DNA of 64,000 nucleotides, from IMG/VR virus record IMGVR_UViG_3300025138_000013; one strand, 5' to 3'. Both the position numbers and the translations under genes were made by a program. The stretch comes from a virus. The notes under the pieces are model-generated. The model did no database searches. It was not told the DNA's origin and worked only from the letters and a program-made list of their open reading frames with translations. Below are positions 56,322 through 64,000 of the stretch, piece after piece. The stretch's first letter is position 1; the number at the start of each line of letters is the position of its first letter.

Positions 56322-57700
56322 AATCATTTCAAGAATTAATAGTAGAAGAAGACGTTAAGAAGTCAGACCCTTATCGTCTTGTTGTTATCGCAGAACGTCC
56401 TAAGAAACAATCAAAGAAATCTACCAGTGGTAAGATAGTTGGTGTTGCAGAAAAAATGGGTATGGATGTTTACAACGTTCGTGTCAATGGTGCATACTTA
56501 GAACGTGATGATGAGTCTGGCGTTATCTCTATTCACAATGCAGATGATGAGAAAGGATTTGAGATTGATGCAGACACATTAGTTATGATTCGTGGTGCAG
56601 TAACAACTAAAGATTCCTACCTCGATTTAATCTCTCAGATTGAACGCTACGGCATTGCAACGTGCAACCCTAGGGAATGTATCGAAGTTTGTTCAGACAA
56701 GTTTAGAACGTACCTAAGACTGCAAGAGATAGGTCTAAACCAACCACGTACCGTATTGATTCCAAACGATGAACCCGAGACCGTAGATAGAGCTCACGAA
56801 GCATTAGATAATAAGTTCCCTATGGTACTTAAAACATTACAGGGTTCTAAAGGTGTGGGTGTTCTATTAATCGAAACAGAACGTTCATTACAATCACAGG
56901 TCAGCTTGATTTATAAGATTGACCCTTACTGTGATATTCTATTACAAGAGTATATCGAATCAGATTACGATGTACGTGTTGTCATTGTCAACAGAGAAAT
57001 TGTTGGTGCAATGAGACGAAATAAAATTACAGATGATTTCAGAAGTAATGTATCCCAAGGTGCAGATGCACAATCAGTTACATTAACAGAGATGGAAAAA
57101 GATGTTTGTCTAAGAGCTAGCAAAGCCGTCAACGGACAATGGTGTGGTGTCGACTTTATTCCTAGCAAAAATAGAAAGACCGAACCACCTTACCTATTAG
57201 AAGTAAATCATTCGCCAGGCACTGAAGGAATCTCTAGTGTTATCGGTGAGGATATTGTTAAGATGGTTCTTAAGATTTACAAAGACAGAGACATATGGAA
57301 GAAGTCACCAACAGAGTGTGGTGTATTAGAAACCATCGAAGTCGAAGGTCAAGAAATGACAGTGAAGTTGGACACAGGTAATTCAGTTACAGCTTGTTCA
57401 CTTCATGCAGAAGATTTAAAGATTAATGGTAAGATAGTTACATGGACAACGGAAGGTGTTAAGTATAAGAAACCACTAAAGAGAATGGTTACTTTATTAA
57501 AACCAGCTGAAGACAGACCAGTCGTAGAACTAGAACTAAATTTTCTAAACACTATATACGAACAAGAAGTTAGTTTAGATACTAGAGGGGCAATACCTTT
57601 TCTTGCAAACCGTGACTTGATGCAACGTGCAAACCTTATGATAAATCCAGCACGTAAGTTTATGATTACAAACAAACGTGATGAGAAGGACGACAGTTAA
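56318..57700 (+). CDS. RimK-like ATP-grasp ligase fused to a retropepsin-like protease domain
   Basis: DKFRTY, KTLQGSKGVGV, QEYI..DYDVRV, FRSNVSQG, LLEVNHSPG; C-terminal KLDTGN. Confidence 0.88.
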   Translation: MKSFQELIVEEDVKKSDPYRLVVIAERPKKQSKKSTSGKIVGVAEKMGMDVYNVRVNGAYLERDDESGVISIHNADDEKGFEIDADTLVMIRGAVTTKDSYLDLISQIERYGIATCNPRECIEVCSDKFRTYLRLQEIGLNQPRTVLIPNDEPETVDRAHEALDNKFPMVLKTLQGSKGVGVLLIETERSLQSQVSLIYKIDPYCDILLQEYIESDYDVRVVIVNREIVGAMRRNKITDDFRSNVSQGADAQSVTLTEMEKDVCLRASKAVNGQWCGVDFIPSKNRKTEPPYLLEVNHSPGTEGISSVIGEDIVKMVLKIYKDRDIWKKSPTECGVLETIEVEGQEMTVKLDTGNSVTACSLHAEDLKINGKIVTWTTEGVKYKKPLKRMVTLLKPAEDRPVVELELNFLNTIYEQEVSLDTRGAIPFLANRDLMQRANLMINPARKFMITNKRDEKDDS

Positions 57701-57713
57701 TTTGTAAACACAC

Positions 57714-57743
57714 TTGACAATGCCCTAGGCTTTATTATATACT
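57714..57743 (+). promoter_or_regulatory. Early promoter
   Basis: TTGACA-N18-TATACT; ATG 6 nt downstream. Confidence 0.72.
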
Positions 57744-57749
57744 GCTTAC

Positions 57750-58463
57750 ATGATTATGAAAACTGAACCTAAAAAAATAAACATCCAAGAACGAATGCGT
57801 GAGAAGGCACTTGATGCTTATGCCGAAGTCGAATACCAAATAGATTGTTGGATAGACAATAAGAAATCTGATTTCTCAATGTACAAGTATTTAAAACAAC
57901 TTGAGTATAGTGGAAAGGTTGTTACATTTATGGTGGGTCTTGCTAAACCAGCTTTGGTTGAAGTTAAGAACGAAGAAGGATGTGAACAGTTAGAGGAAGC
58001 TTTTAATTTCCTTACCAAAACACAAAAGAAAAACTACATTAAATTTCTAGAGAGTATTGAATCCGATATCGAAAAATATTGTAATGAATACAAACCAGTT
58101 CGTAGAGTTAAACCTATGACTCCAGCTCGTATGGTAAGGAAGCTTCCTTTCCTTGCAGAGTGGGAAAGGTATACATCTATCGAACCGATAGAGATACCAA
58201 GAGCATATGACCTATTTACATACAATACTGCATCAAAGAAGTTTACACACTTCCAAGGTAACCTTGCAGTCAAAGGTTCTAGAATTACAGGATATGATTC
58301 GTGTAAAGAAAAGACCTTGACAGATTGGGAGTTGCTTGATAGAATATATAAAGGTGGTAACATTATTGCTCGTGGATTTATGGATGAGATTCCTAGGTCG
58401 AAGTTGAAAGACGGAAACGACATGATGACCAAAAATACATTATTATTAAAAGTGATTAAATGA
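57750..58463 (+). CDS. T4-like hypothetical protein
   Basis: Long ORF upstream of rnh. Confidence 0.75.
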   Translation: MIMKTEPKKINIQERMREKALDAYAEVEYQIDCWIDNKKSDFSMYKYLKQLEYSGKVVTFMVGLAKPALVEVKNEEGCEQLEEAFNFLTKTQKKNYIKFLESIESDIEKYCNEYKPVRRVKPMTPARMVRKLPFLAEWERYTSIEPIEIPRAYDLFTYNTASKKFTHFQGNLAVKGSRITGYDSCKEKTLTDWELLDRIYKGGNIIARGFMDEIPRSKLKDGNDMMTKNTLLLKVIK

Positions 58464-59302
58464 TTCTTATAGATTTTACTCAAACCATAATAGCTGGTTT
58501 AATGGTTCAACTAAAAATGAACAATGGAGAAGTGAGTGAAGACATGTTGAGACACATGATTCTTAATTCAGTTCGAGGGTATCAAAAGAAATACTCAGCA
58601 GAGTATGGAGAGATTACTCTTTGCACGGATGCATCAAATCCATGGAGACGAGACTACTATCCACAATACAAAGCAAATCGTAAAAAGTCTCGAGAGGCAG
58701 ACAATAAGGATTGGGGATTAATATTTGATACACTTCATAAAGTGAAGATGGAAATCAAAGAGAACTTTCCATACCGTTACATGTATGTCGAGAAGTGTGA
58801 AGCTGATGACATCATTGCAGTGTTAACTAAACATGCACCCTTCGGAGAGAAGGTCATGATAGTGAGTGGAGATAAGGACTTTCAGCAACTCCATAAATAC
58901 AAGTACGTAACTCAATGGAGTCCTAACCTTAATAAACTTATTACAGTTGAAGACCCCGATTTATTTTTGAGAGAACATATCCTTACTGGTGATAAGTCAG
59001 ACGGAGTTCCAAACATTCTATCTAATGATGATTGTTTAGACCTAGGTATCAGACAGACACCGTTAAGGAAACCTATCAAAGATAAGTACTTAAGAATTAC
59101 AATACAGAGTGACGATAAATATTATCGGAACTATTTGAGAAACCAAACTCTAATTGATTTAGAGTTTATACCAACTGATATAGAAAAGAATATATTAGAT
59201 GAGTTTGAAAAGACAGCACCAGTAAAGGGTAAGGTCTTTGATTATCTAAGAACACATCGACTAGACCAGTTGTTAAACCATGTAGAGGATTTTACATTAT
59301 GA
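58460..59302 (+). CDS. rnh: T4 RNase H (5'-3' exonuclease)
   Basis: ILIDF, WRRDYYPQYKANR, EADDIIA, SGDKDFQQL, GDKSDGVPN. Confidence 0.95.
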   Translation: MILIDFTQTIIAGLMVQLKMNNGEVSEDMLRHMILNSVRGYQKKYSAEYGEITLCTDASNPWRRDYYPQYKANRKKSREADNKDWGLIFDTLHKVKMEIKENFPYRYMYVEKCEADDIIAVLTKHAPFGEKVMIVSGDKDFQQLHKYKYVTQWSPNLNKLITVEDPDLFLREHILTGDKSDGVPNILSNDDCLDLGIRQTPLRKPIKDKYLRITIQSDDKYYRNYLRNQTLIDLEFIPTDIEKNILDEFEKTAPVKGKVFDYLRTHRLDQLLNHVEDFTL

Positions 59303-59814
59303 CAGAGAAAAAAAGAGGAAGAGGGCGACCTAAAGGAGCTCCCAATAAACCAAAGATGAAGTTGATTACCACAAGGCAAGAACTTCAAAACAATGCAGAT
59401 GCATATGAAATACTATGTCAAGCAAACATCGTTGCAGAGAAAGAACCTAAACTAGCAGTTCAAGGTCTACAAGTATTCAACGGTAGAAACGGTGCAATCA
59501 AACCATTACTTCAATGGGCATTTGATGAGAATATTAACTCAACATTACCCGAAGGTAAAACACCTTATGGAAGTAACGCTGCACCAGCAAGTGACCTTAC
59601 AGAAACAAGTCTTAGGTTTGAACATAAACAATTCAAATACTTTGTAACTGAACAAGTGCCTTCCAGTAAAAGGGAAGCATTATGGATTGGATTACTAGAA
59701 GGCATCCCTAAAGAAGAAGCAGAAATGTTAGACCTTATTAAGGATGGAGTCTGGGCATTCCCAAATATTACTAAGGAAATTGCAAAAGAAGCCTTTCCCG
59801 AGATTAACTGTTAA
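59299..59814 (+). CDS. Hypothetical with N-terminal AT-hook-like GRGRPKG
   Basis: LPEGKTPY, KREALWIGLLEG pattern. Confidence 0.75.
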   Translation: MTEKKRGRGRPKGAPNKPKMKLITTRQELQNNADAYEILCQANIVAEKEPKLAVQGLQVFNGRNGAIKPLLQWAFDENINSTLPEGKTPYGSNAAPASDLTETSLRFEHKQFKYFVTEQVPSSKREALWIGLLEGIPKEEAEMLDLIKDGVWAFPNITKEIAKEAFPEINC

Positions 59815-59921
59815 CTAAATAATAATGCAGACCGAGACTATACATATTAAAAAGGGAAGTTAAATTTAACTTCAGTAAACAACTTTCTAGTCTAGTTCTG
59901 CTCCATGGAGTAAATTAAATT

Positions 59922-61439
59922 ATGGCAACAAATGAAAATCAAACTGTATCTCAGTTTGCACAAGACGTACCCGAACCAACTGAATTGGAAAGAATCCAAA
60001 AGAGGATTGCTGATTTTAAAATCGGGTTTACCATCAACAGTGCTGGCGTAGTCAATGCACTTGTTCAATCACATCTTAAAAGTGGAAACGTTACCCAAGG
60101 TGAATTAATTCCTCTTGATGCAGTTACTAAAGAGTACGCTGCTGGTCAAGAAGAATATCAACTAATGGTACAGAACGCACAACGTAGAGCAGAAGAATTA
60201 ATCGCTGCAGACAATCTTGCAAAACAAGAACTCTTTATGGAACGTCAAAGAGAACAAGACGATAGATTAAGTTCTGAAAGAATTAAAAGAAAAGAGTCTG
60301 ACTTGAAGATTGCACAGTTAGAAGCAGTACTTGCTTCTCATGGAATCAACATGGACTTAAACAACGATGGAGTCATCGGAGTTAAACAGGGTGAATTAAA
60401 CTCTGAAGGATTCGTACAGTTGTCAGCAGAAGAGATTGGTGTCCTTGCAAAACAACATGGATACGAACTTCCTACTCCACCCCCACAAACACCTCTTGCA
60501 CCTAAGAAGACTGCTACAGGAGCATTCGGACTTGCACGTGCAATGAATCCAGCTCCCGAAGGTGTAGAAGAAGAACCTTACATACCGTTGGATACACCAC
60601 AGTCTCATACTAAAGTAGTTACGACTCCACCAGTTGAAACACAGGAAACTATTCAACCAGCAGAAGAAGTATTTGATTCTCCAGCAGTAGAGACTCCAAT
60701 ATTCACACCAAGTGGAACTACAACAGAATCCTTCTTGGATGAAGTTGATAGAGTAGAAGAAGTCACAGAAGCTTTGAGTGAATCAGAAACAATGCAGGCT
60801 GACTTAGAACCTATTTCTACAGACGAAGCTTTCAATGACAAGATAGAAGAAACAAAACAATCATTCCAAGAATGGGTTGATGCAAATGATAATGTTACTG
60901 AAACCACAGTTGAAGAAGATACAGGTTTCGAAGTATCAGATGAAGTAGAACCATTAGGTTCAGAGTTTCAAGTACAGGAAGACGATACTAAAACAGAATC
61001 ATCTCTTGCAAAACCAGTAATCACTGGTGGTAATTTTAAACCTAGAGCAGAAACTTTATCTACAGGACAGTCAATAGAAGCATCAGTAGAAAAAGTAATA
61101 CCTACTTACGACAGTGAAGAAGAATTACTTGCAGCTGCACAAGCAAGAATTGATGCACAAACAGATGTTGAAGAAGAAGAGTCTTATGACGAGATTACAA
61201 TTCCATCAAGTGCAGAACTAGATGCAATGACCAAAACTGGTATTAAGAAAGCAGCTGAAGGATTGGATTTTACAATCAGCACTTCAGATACAAAAGCACA
61301 AATGATTGAGTCATTCCAAGACCAAACAGATGAGTTAATCCAATCATTGCAAGATGACGGTTCATTTGTTTCAGCAGTAGACAGCGATGGAGATAAAGAT
61401 AATGACGATGATACTGTGCGAGACGGTGGATACTTCTAA
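59922..61439 (+). CDS. Large acidic, largely disordered protein
   Basis: Coiled-coil N-terminus, DLNNDG motif, E/T/P-rich linker, C-terminal short helical module (LDAMTKTGIK...TKAQMI). Confidence 0.75.
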   Translation: MATNENQTVSQFAQDVPEPTELERIQKRIADFKIGFTINSAGVVNALVQSHLKSGNVTQGELIPLDAVTKEYAAGQEEYQLMVQNAQRRAEELIAADNLAKQELFMERQREQDDRLSSERIKRKESDLKIAQLEAVLASHGINMDLNNDGVIGVKQGELNSEGFVQLSAEEIGVLAKQHGYELPTPPPQTPLAPKKTATGAFGLARAMNPAPEGVEEEPYIPLDTPQSHTKVVTTPPVETQETIQPAEEVFDSPAVETPIFTPSGTTTESFLDEVDRVEEVTEALSESETMQADLEPISTDEAFNDKIEETKQSFQEWVDANDNVTETTVEEDTGFEVSDEVEPLGSEFQVQEDDTKTESSLAKPVITGGNFKPRAETLSTGQSIEASVEKVIPTYDSEEELLAAAQARIDAQTDVEEEESYDEITIPSSAELDAMTKTGIKKAAEGLDFTISTSDTKAQMIESFQDQTDELIQSLQDDGSFVSAVDSDGDKDNDDDTVRDGGYF

Positions 61440-61854
61440 GATATCAGAAGTATTACCCCTCGATTTAAACAAAGTAAGTCCAAGATACGAAGAACGTTTT
61501 CAAGATATAGAAGATGACGTTCTTCGTTTTAATTTCCCTACCGAATACACAATTCGTTTAGGTATCCAATACGATACCCCATTCGTTAATCTTTATCTAG
61601 AAGACAACGAGCTGATTTTCTCAGCACACGATTTAAACAAAGACGGATTACATGTTAGACCATATCTTTACAATAGGCATGGTGACCCAAGAAGCTGTAA
61701 AATTGATGAACATAAATCATCACAGTTTTTTATCATTCCCAAATACTTTACAGAAGGAGAGTTTAACATTGGCGACTCAATCGAGTTTTCTTACCACGAA
61801 CAGATTTTGGATGAACAAGAACGACACATTAGGTGCAGGCGTGTCGATACGTAA
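61408..61854 (+). CDS. Hypothetical protein (start uncertain)
   Basis: ORF bridging neighbours. Confidence 0.6.
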   Translation: MILCETVDTSKISEVLPLDLNKVSPRYEERFQDIEDDVLRFNFPTEYTIRLGIQYDTPFVNLYLEDNELIFSAHDLNKDGLHVRPYLYNRHGDPRSCKIDEHKSSQFFIIPKYFTEGEFNIGDSIEFSYHEQILDEQERHIRCRRVDT

Positions 61855-62773
61855 CATTCCTATTCAGGCAGTAGACCAATACGACTTTCTAGAACATCGT
61901 AGAGAACAGGAAGAGAAACATTGGAGTCGACAAGACCAAGACCAACTGAATGAACTCAGTTCTATTCTTACAGTCGAAGTTAACACTACAGAGTTATGCA
62001 ACAGGACATGTTCATTTTGTCCACGTGCAAATCCCGAAGTGTTTCCAAATAGAAATTTACATATGACACCCAAGGCTGCAAAGACCATTGGAGATGAATT
62101 ACATAAGAATGGATTTAGAGGGAAGATATCTTTAAGTGGATACGGAGAGAATCTACTTAACCCAAGGTTCAGAGAAATTGTTCATACCTTTAGGTCAGCA
62201 GTTCCTTATGCAACAATAGAATGCAACACGAACGGAGATAAACTCACTAGAGAATATGCAGAAGAGTTATTCGAATTTAGTGGATTGGATTTACTCTACA
62301 TCAATCTATATGATGGTATCGAACAGATGGAACACTTCGATAAGATAATGAAAACGATTCCCGAAACGAAATACAAGTATCGTATGCATTGGGGTGACAT
62401 GGCAAATCATGGATTGATACTGAACAATAGAAGCGGTGTAATGGATTGGGTAGGAATTGAGGAGAGTACAATTGAAGCATTACAAGGTAAGCCGTGTCAT
62501 TATCCTTTTTATAAAATGTTTGTTGATTGGAATGGTGATGTTTTATTCTGTTCCAATGACTGGGGTAGAGAACATGTTGTAGGCAACCTGTTATCAGAGA
62601 CCCTACATAATGTATGGTTCTCTAAACCTATGAATAAAATTAGAAAGAAATTAATGAAGGGTGACAGGTCTATGTCCCCTTGTAACAAGTGTAGTGTCGA
62701 TGGGAGTTTATTTGGTAAACAATCATTTGACATAGTGAAGGAATATTATGAAAGTAGCAATAACAGGAAGTAG
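61811..62773 (+). CDS. Radical SAM protein with SPASM/twitch domain
   Basis: CNRTCSFC, GYGENLL, NTNG, CHYPF..VDWNGDVLFC, CNKC. Confidence 0.9.
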   Translation: MNKNDTLGAGVSIRNIPIQAVDQYDFLEHRREQEEKHWSRQDQDQLNELSSILTVEVNTTELCNRTCSFCPRANPEVFPNRNLHMTPKAAKTIGDELHKNGFRGKISLSGYGENLLNPRFREIVHTFRSAVPYATIECNTNGDKLTREYAEELFEFSGLDLLYINLYDGIEQMEHFDKIMKTIPETKYKYRMHWGDMANHGLILNNRSGVMDWVGIEESTIEALQGKPCHYPFYKMFVDWNGDVLFCSNDWGREHVVGNLLSETLHNVWFSKPMNKIRKKLMKGDRSMSPCNKCSVDGSLFGKQSFDIVKEYYESSNNRK

Positions 62774-63359
62774 TGGTCTTGCAAAGAACATTAAAGATAC
62801 ACTAGAGACAACACCGTATCAAGGTGATACCATTAAAGTATCAACACCACGAATAGATGATATCACTATGAATGATACTGATTGGTTCGGATTTGATTAT
62901 GATAATCCTAATCATGTTGATGTATTAATTAACTTTGCACATAGGGGTTTTGACCAAACTAAAATATTAGAAATAGCTCATCGTGCATGGAAAAATGATA
63001 AGACCAAATACATTATCAACTTTTCATCTCGTGCAGCCCAACCAAATATCTCTAAGGGACATAAGTATGCAGCTGAGAAAGCCTCTCTAAATCATTTAAG
63101 TAATAACCTTACGTACAACTCAGATAGGAAATACAAACTCACTACAATCAACCTAGGCCTGCTTAATCATGATGACTTACCCAGTCTTTCATGGCAAGAT
63201 GTCAGTGGATTAATCTACAAACTGATAACAAGTTTTCCCGAGATAGAGATTCCCGAGTTGACCATACAAGCACATGCAAACTATAGAGATGTACAGAGTG
63301 ACAAACAGACATGTAAAGATATGGAAACTTTTTACCATCTTCATAACGATACGTTATAA
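62748..63359 (+). CDS. Short-chain dehydrogenase-like Rossmann protein
   Basis: VAITGSSGLA, IINFSS, YAAEK (YxxxK). Confidence 0.8.
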   Translation: MKVAITGSSGLAKNIKDTLETTPYQGDTIKVSTPRIDDITMNDTDWFGFDYDNPNHVDVLINFAHRGFDQTKILEIAHRAWKNDKTKYIINFSSRAAQPNISKGHKYAAEKASLNHLSNNLTYNSDRKYKLTTINLGLLNHDDLPSLSWQDVSGLIYKLITSFPEIEIPELTIQAHANYRDVQSDKQTCKDMETFYHLHNDTL

Positions 63360-63362
63360 ATA
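63355..63362 (+). promoter_or_regulatory. T4 late promoter TATAAATA
   Basis: Exact consensus; ATG 5 nt downstream. Confidence 0.7.
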
Positions 63363-63367
63363 CTACT

Positions 63368-63613
63368 ATGACAGACTATAACGATTTCGGATTTACAGCG
63401 ATGGATGCAGATGAACTTGCAGCCATTGATACTAAGATTATTGAGAAGACTACTACTGCAACGGAAGTAATCAACAAACTTGATAATTTTGTAAGACCCC
63501 TACTTGAGAATCTTGCAAAGGATTCAGACAAGGACTATATCTATTGGCCTAATAGAGTAGACATTATAAACGCCAAATTAAAAGAATTAGACGACATACA
63601 AAAAAGTCTATAA
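63368..63613 (+). CDS. Small hypothetical protein
   Basis: DFGFTAMD...PLLENL.KD.DKDYIYWPNR. Confidence 0.75.
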   Translation: MTDYNDFGFTAMDADELAAIDTKIIEKTTTATEVINKLDNFVRPLLENLAKDSDKDYIYWPNRVDIINAKLKELDDIQKSL

Positions 63614-63684
63614 AGGGCCTATACAGCACCCCTAGCTTTTTGTTATACTGGACTCCAATAAAGAAATAAACAAAGGAGTTTATA

Positions 63685-63957
63685 ATGGAAAACAGTATTT
63701 ACACATCACCCGAATCTCAAATGAAGATTGTAAAACTTGGACGTGAAATTATCACGGCATGTGAAATGGGAGAACTACACGCTGGGAATGATGAAGATTC
63801 TCTAAGACTATGGAATGCAGCGGTCACTGCTGGAAACAAGATGACCACAATAGGATTAACCTATTCTAGGTTCAATGGAATATCCGACTTAACTAAAACT
63901 GAACAGACAGCCGTGCAAGAATTTCTAATTGCAAAAGAGGCCTTGACAGCAGCCTAA
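63685..63957 (+). CDS. Hypothetical early protein
   Basis: AAGGAG RBS; promoter-like TATACA-N18-TATACT at 63620-63649. Confidence 0.7.
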   Translation: MENSIYTSPESQMKIVKLGREIITACEMGELHAGNDEDSLRLWNAAVTAGNKMTTIGLTYSRFNGISDLTKTEQTAVQEFLIAKEALTAA

Positions 63958-63972
63958 GCTTTTTGGTATACT
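63943..63972 (+). promoter_or_regulatory. Early promoter for a gene beyond the window
   Basis: gccTTGACA-N18-TATACT. Confidence 0.7.
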
Positions 63973-64000
63973 ATGTATATAATGAAAAATCAAGGAGACA

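Noticed and set aside
1445-62733. Numerous minus-strand and alternate-frame ORFs of 60-150 aa in the ORF track
   Set aside because: They lie within well-supported + strand genes and have no motifs or RBS, so they are shadow ORFs. Only 50460..51056 is accepted on the minus strand.
1-64000. CRISPR array, integrase, transposase or rRNA
   Set aside because: No regularly spaced direct repeats or recognisable recombinase, transposase or rRNA sequence seen.

Overview
A 64-kb segment of a large, AT-rich T4-like myovirus genome, almost entirely + strand. It is most likely a marine phage of a proteobacterial host, an inference from the sigma32 promoter, IscU/IscA, outer-membrane proteins and spanins. 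Core T4-type genes: gp43 DNA polymerase, UvsX, gp41 helicase, gp61 primase, NrdA/NrdB, glutaredoxin, RNase H, lysozyme, spanins and three tRNAs (Thr, Arg, Ala). Accessory content: (i) a curli/type VIII secretion-like operon (csgF, csgG, two curlin-like proteins) continuous with a FecR-domain protein and an intact CHASE2 adenylate cyclase, a candidate phage-encoded surface-sensing/cAMP signalling system; (ii) a C5-cytosine methyltransferase + TET/JBP dioxygenase + ParB-like + P-loop kinase DNA-modification cluster, with a matching by-eye sequence signature (GATC, GGWCC and CCWGG avoided unless a GpC overlaps); (iii) hsp20 behind a consensus sigma32 promoter and a ROSE-type RNA thermometer; (iv) about nine further 2OG-Fe(II) oxygenases, a split carbamoyltransferase, a QueC-like protein, radical SAM, RimK-protease, Fe-S scaffold genes and a porin; (v) a block of putative capsid-packaged proteins. 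Many early and late promoters sit at a fixed distance before ATG codons, implying widespread leaderless mRNAs. All calls come from motif reading by eye; no database searches or counts were run.
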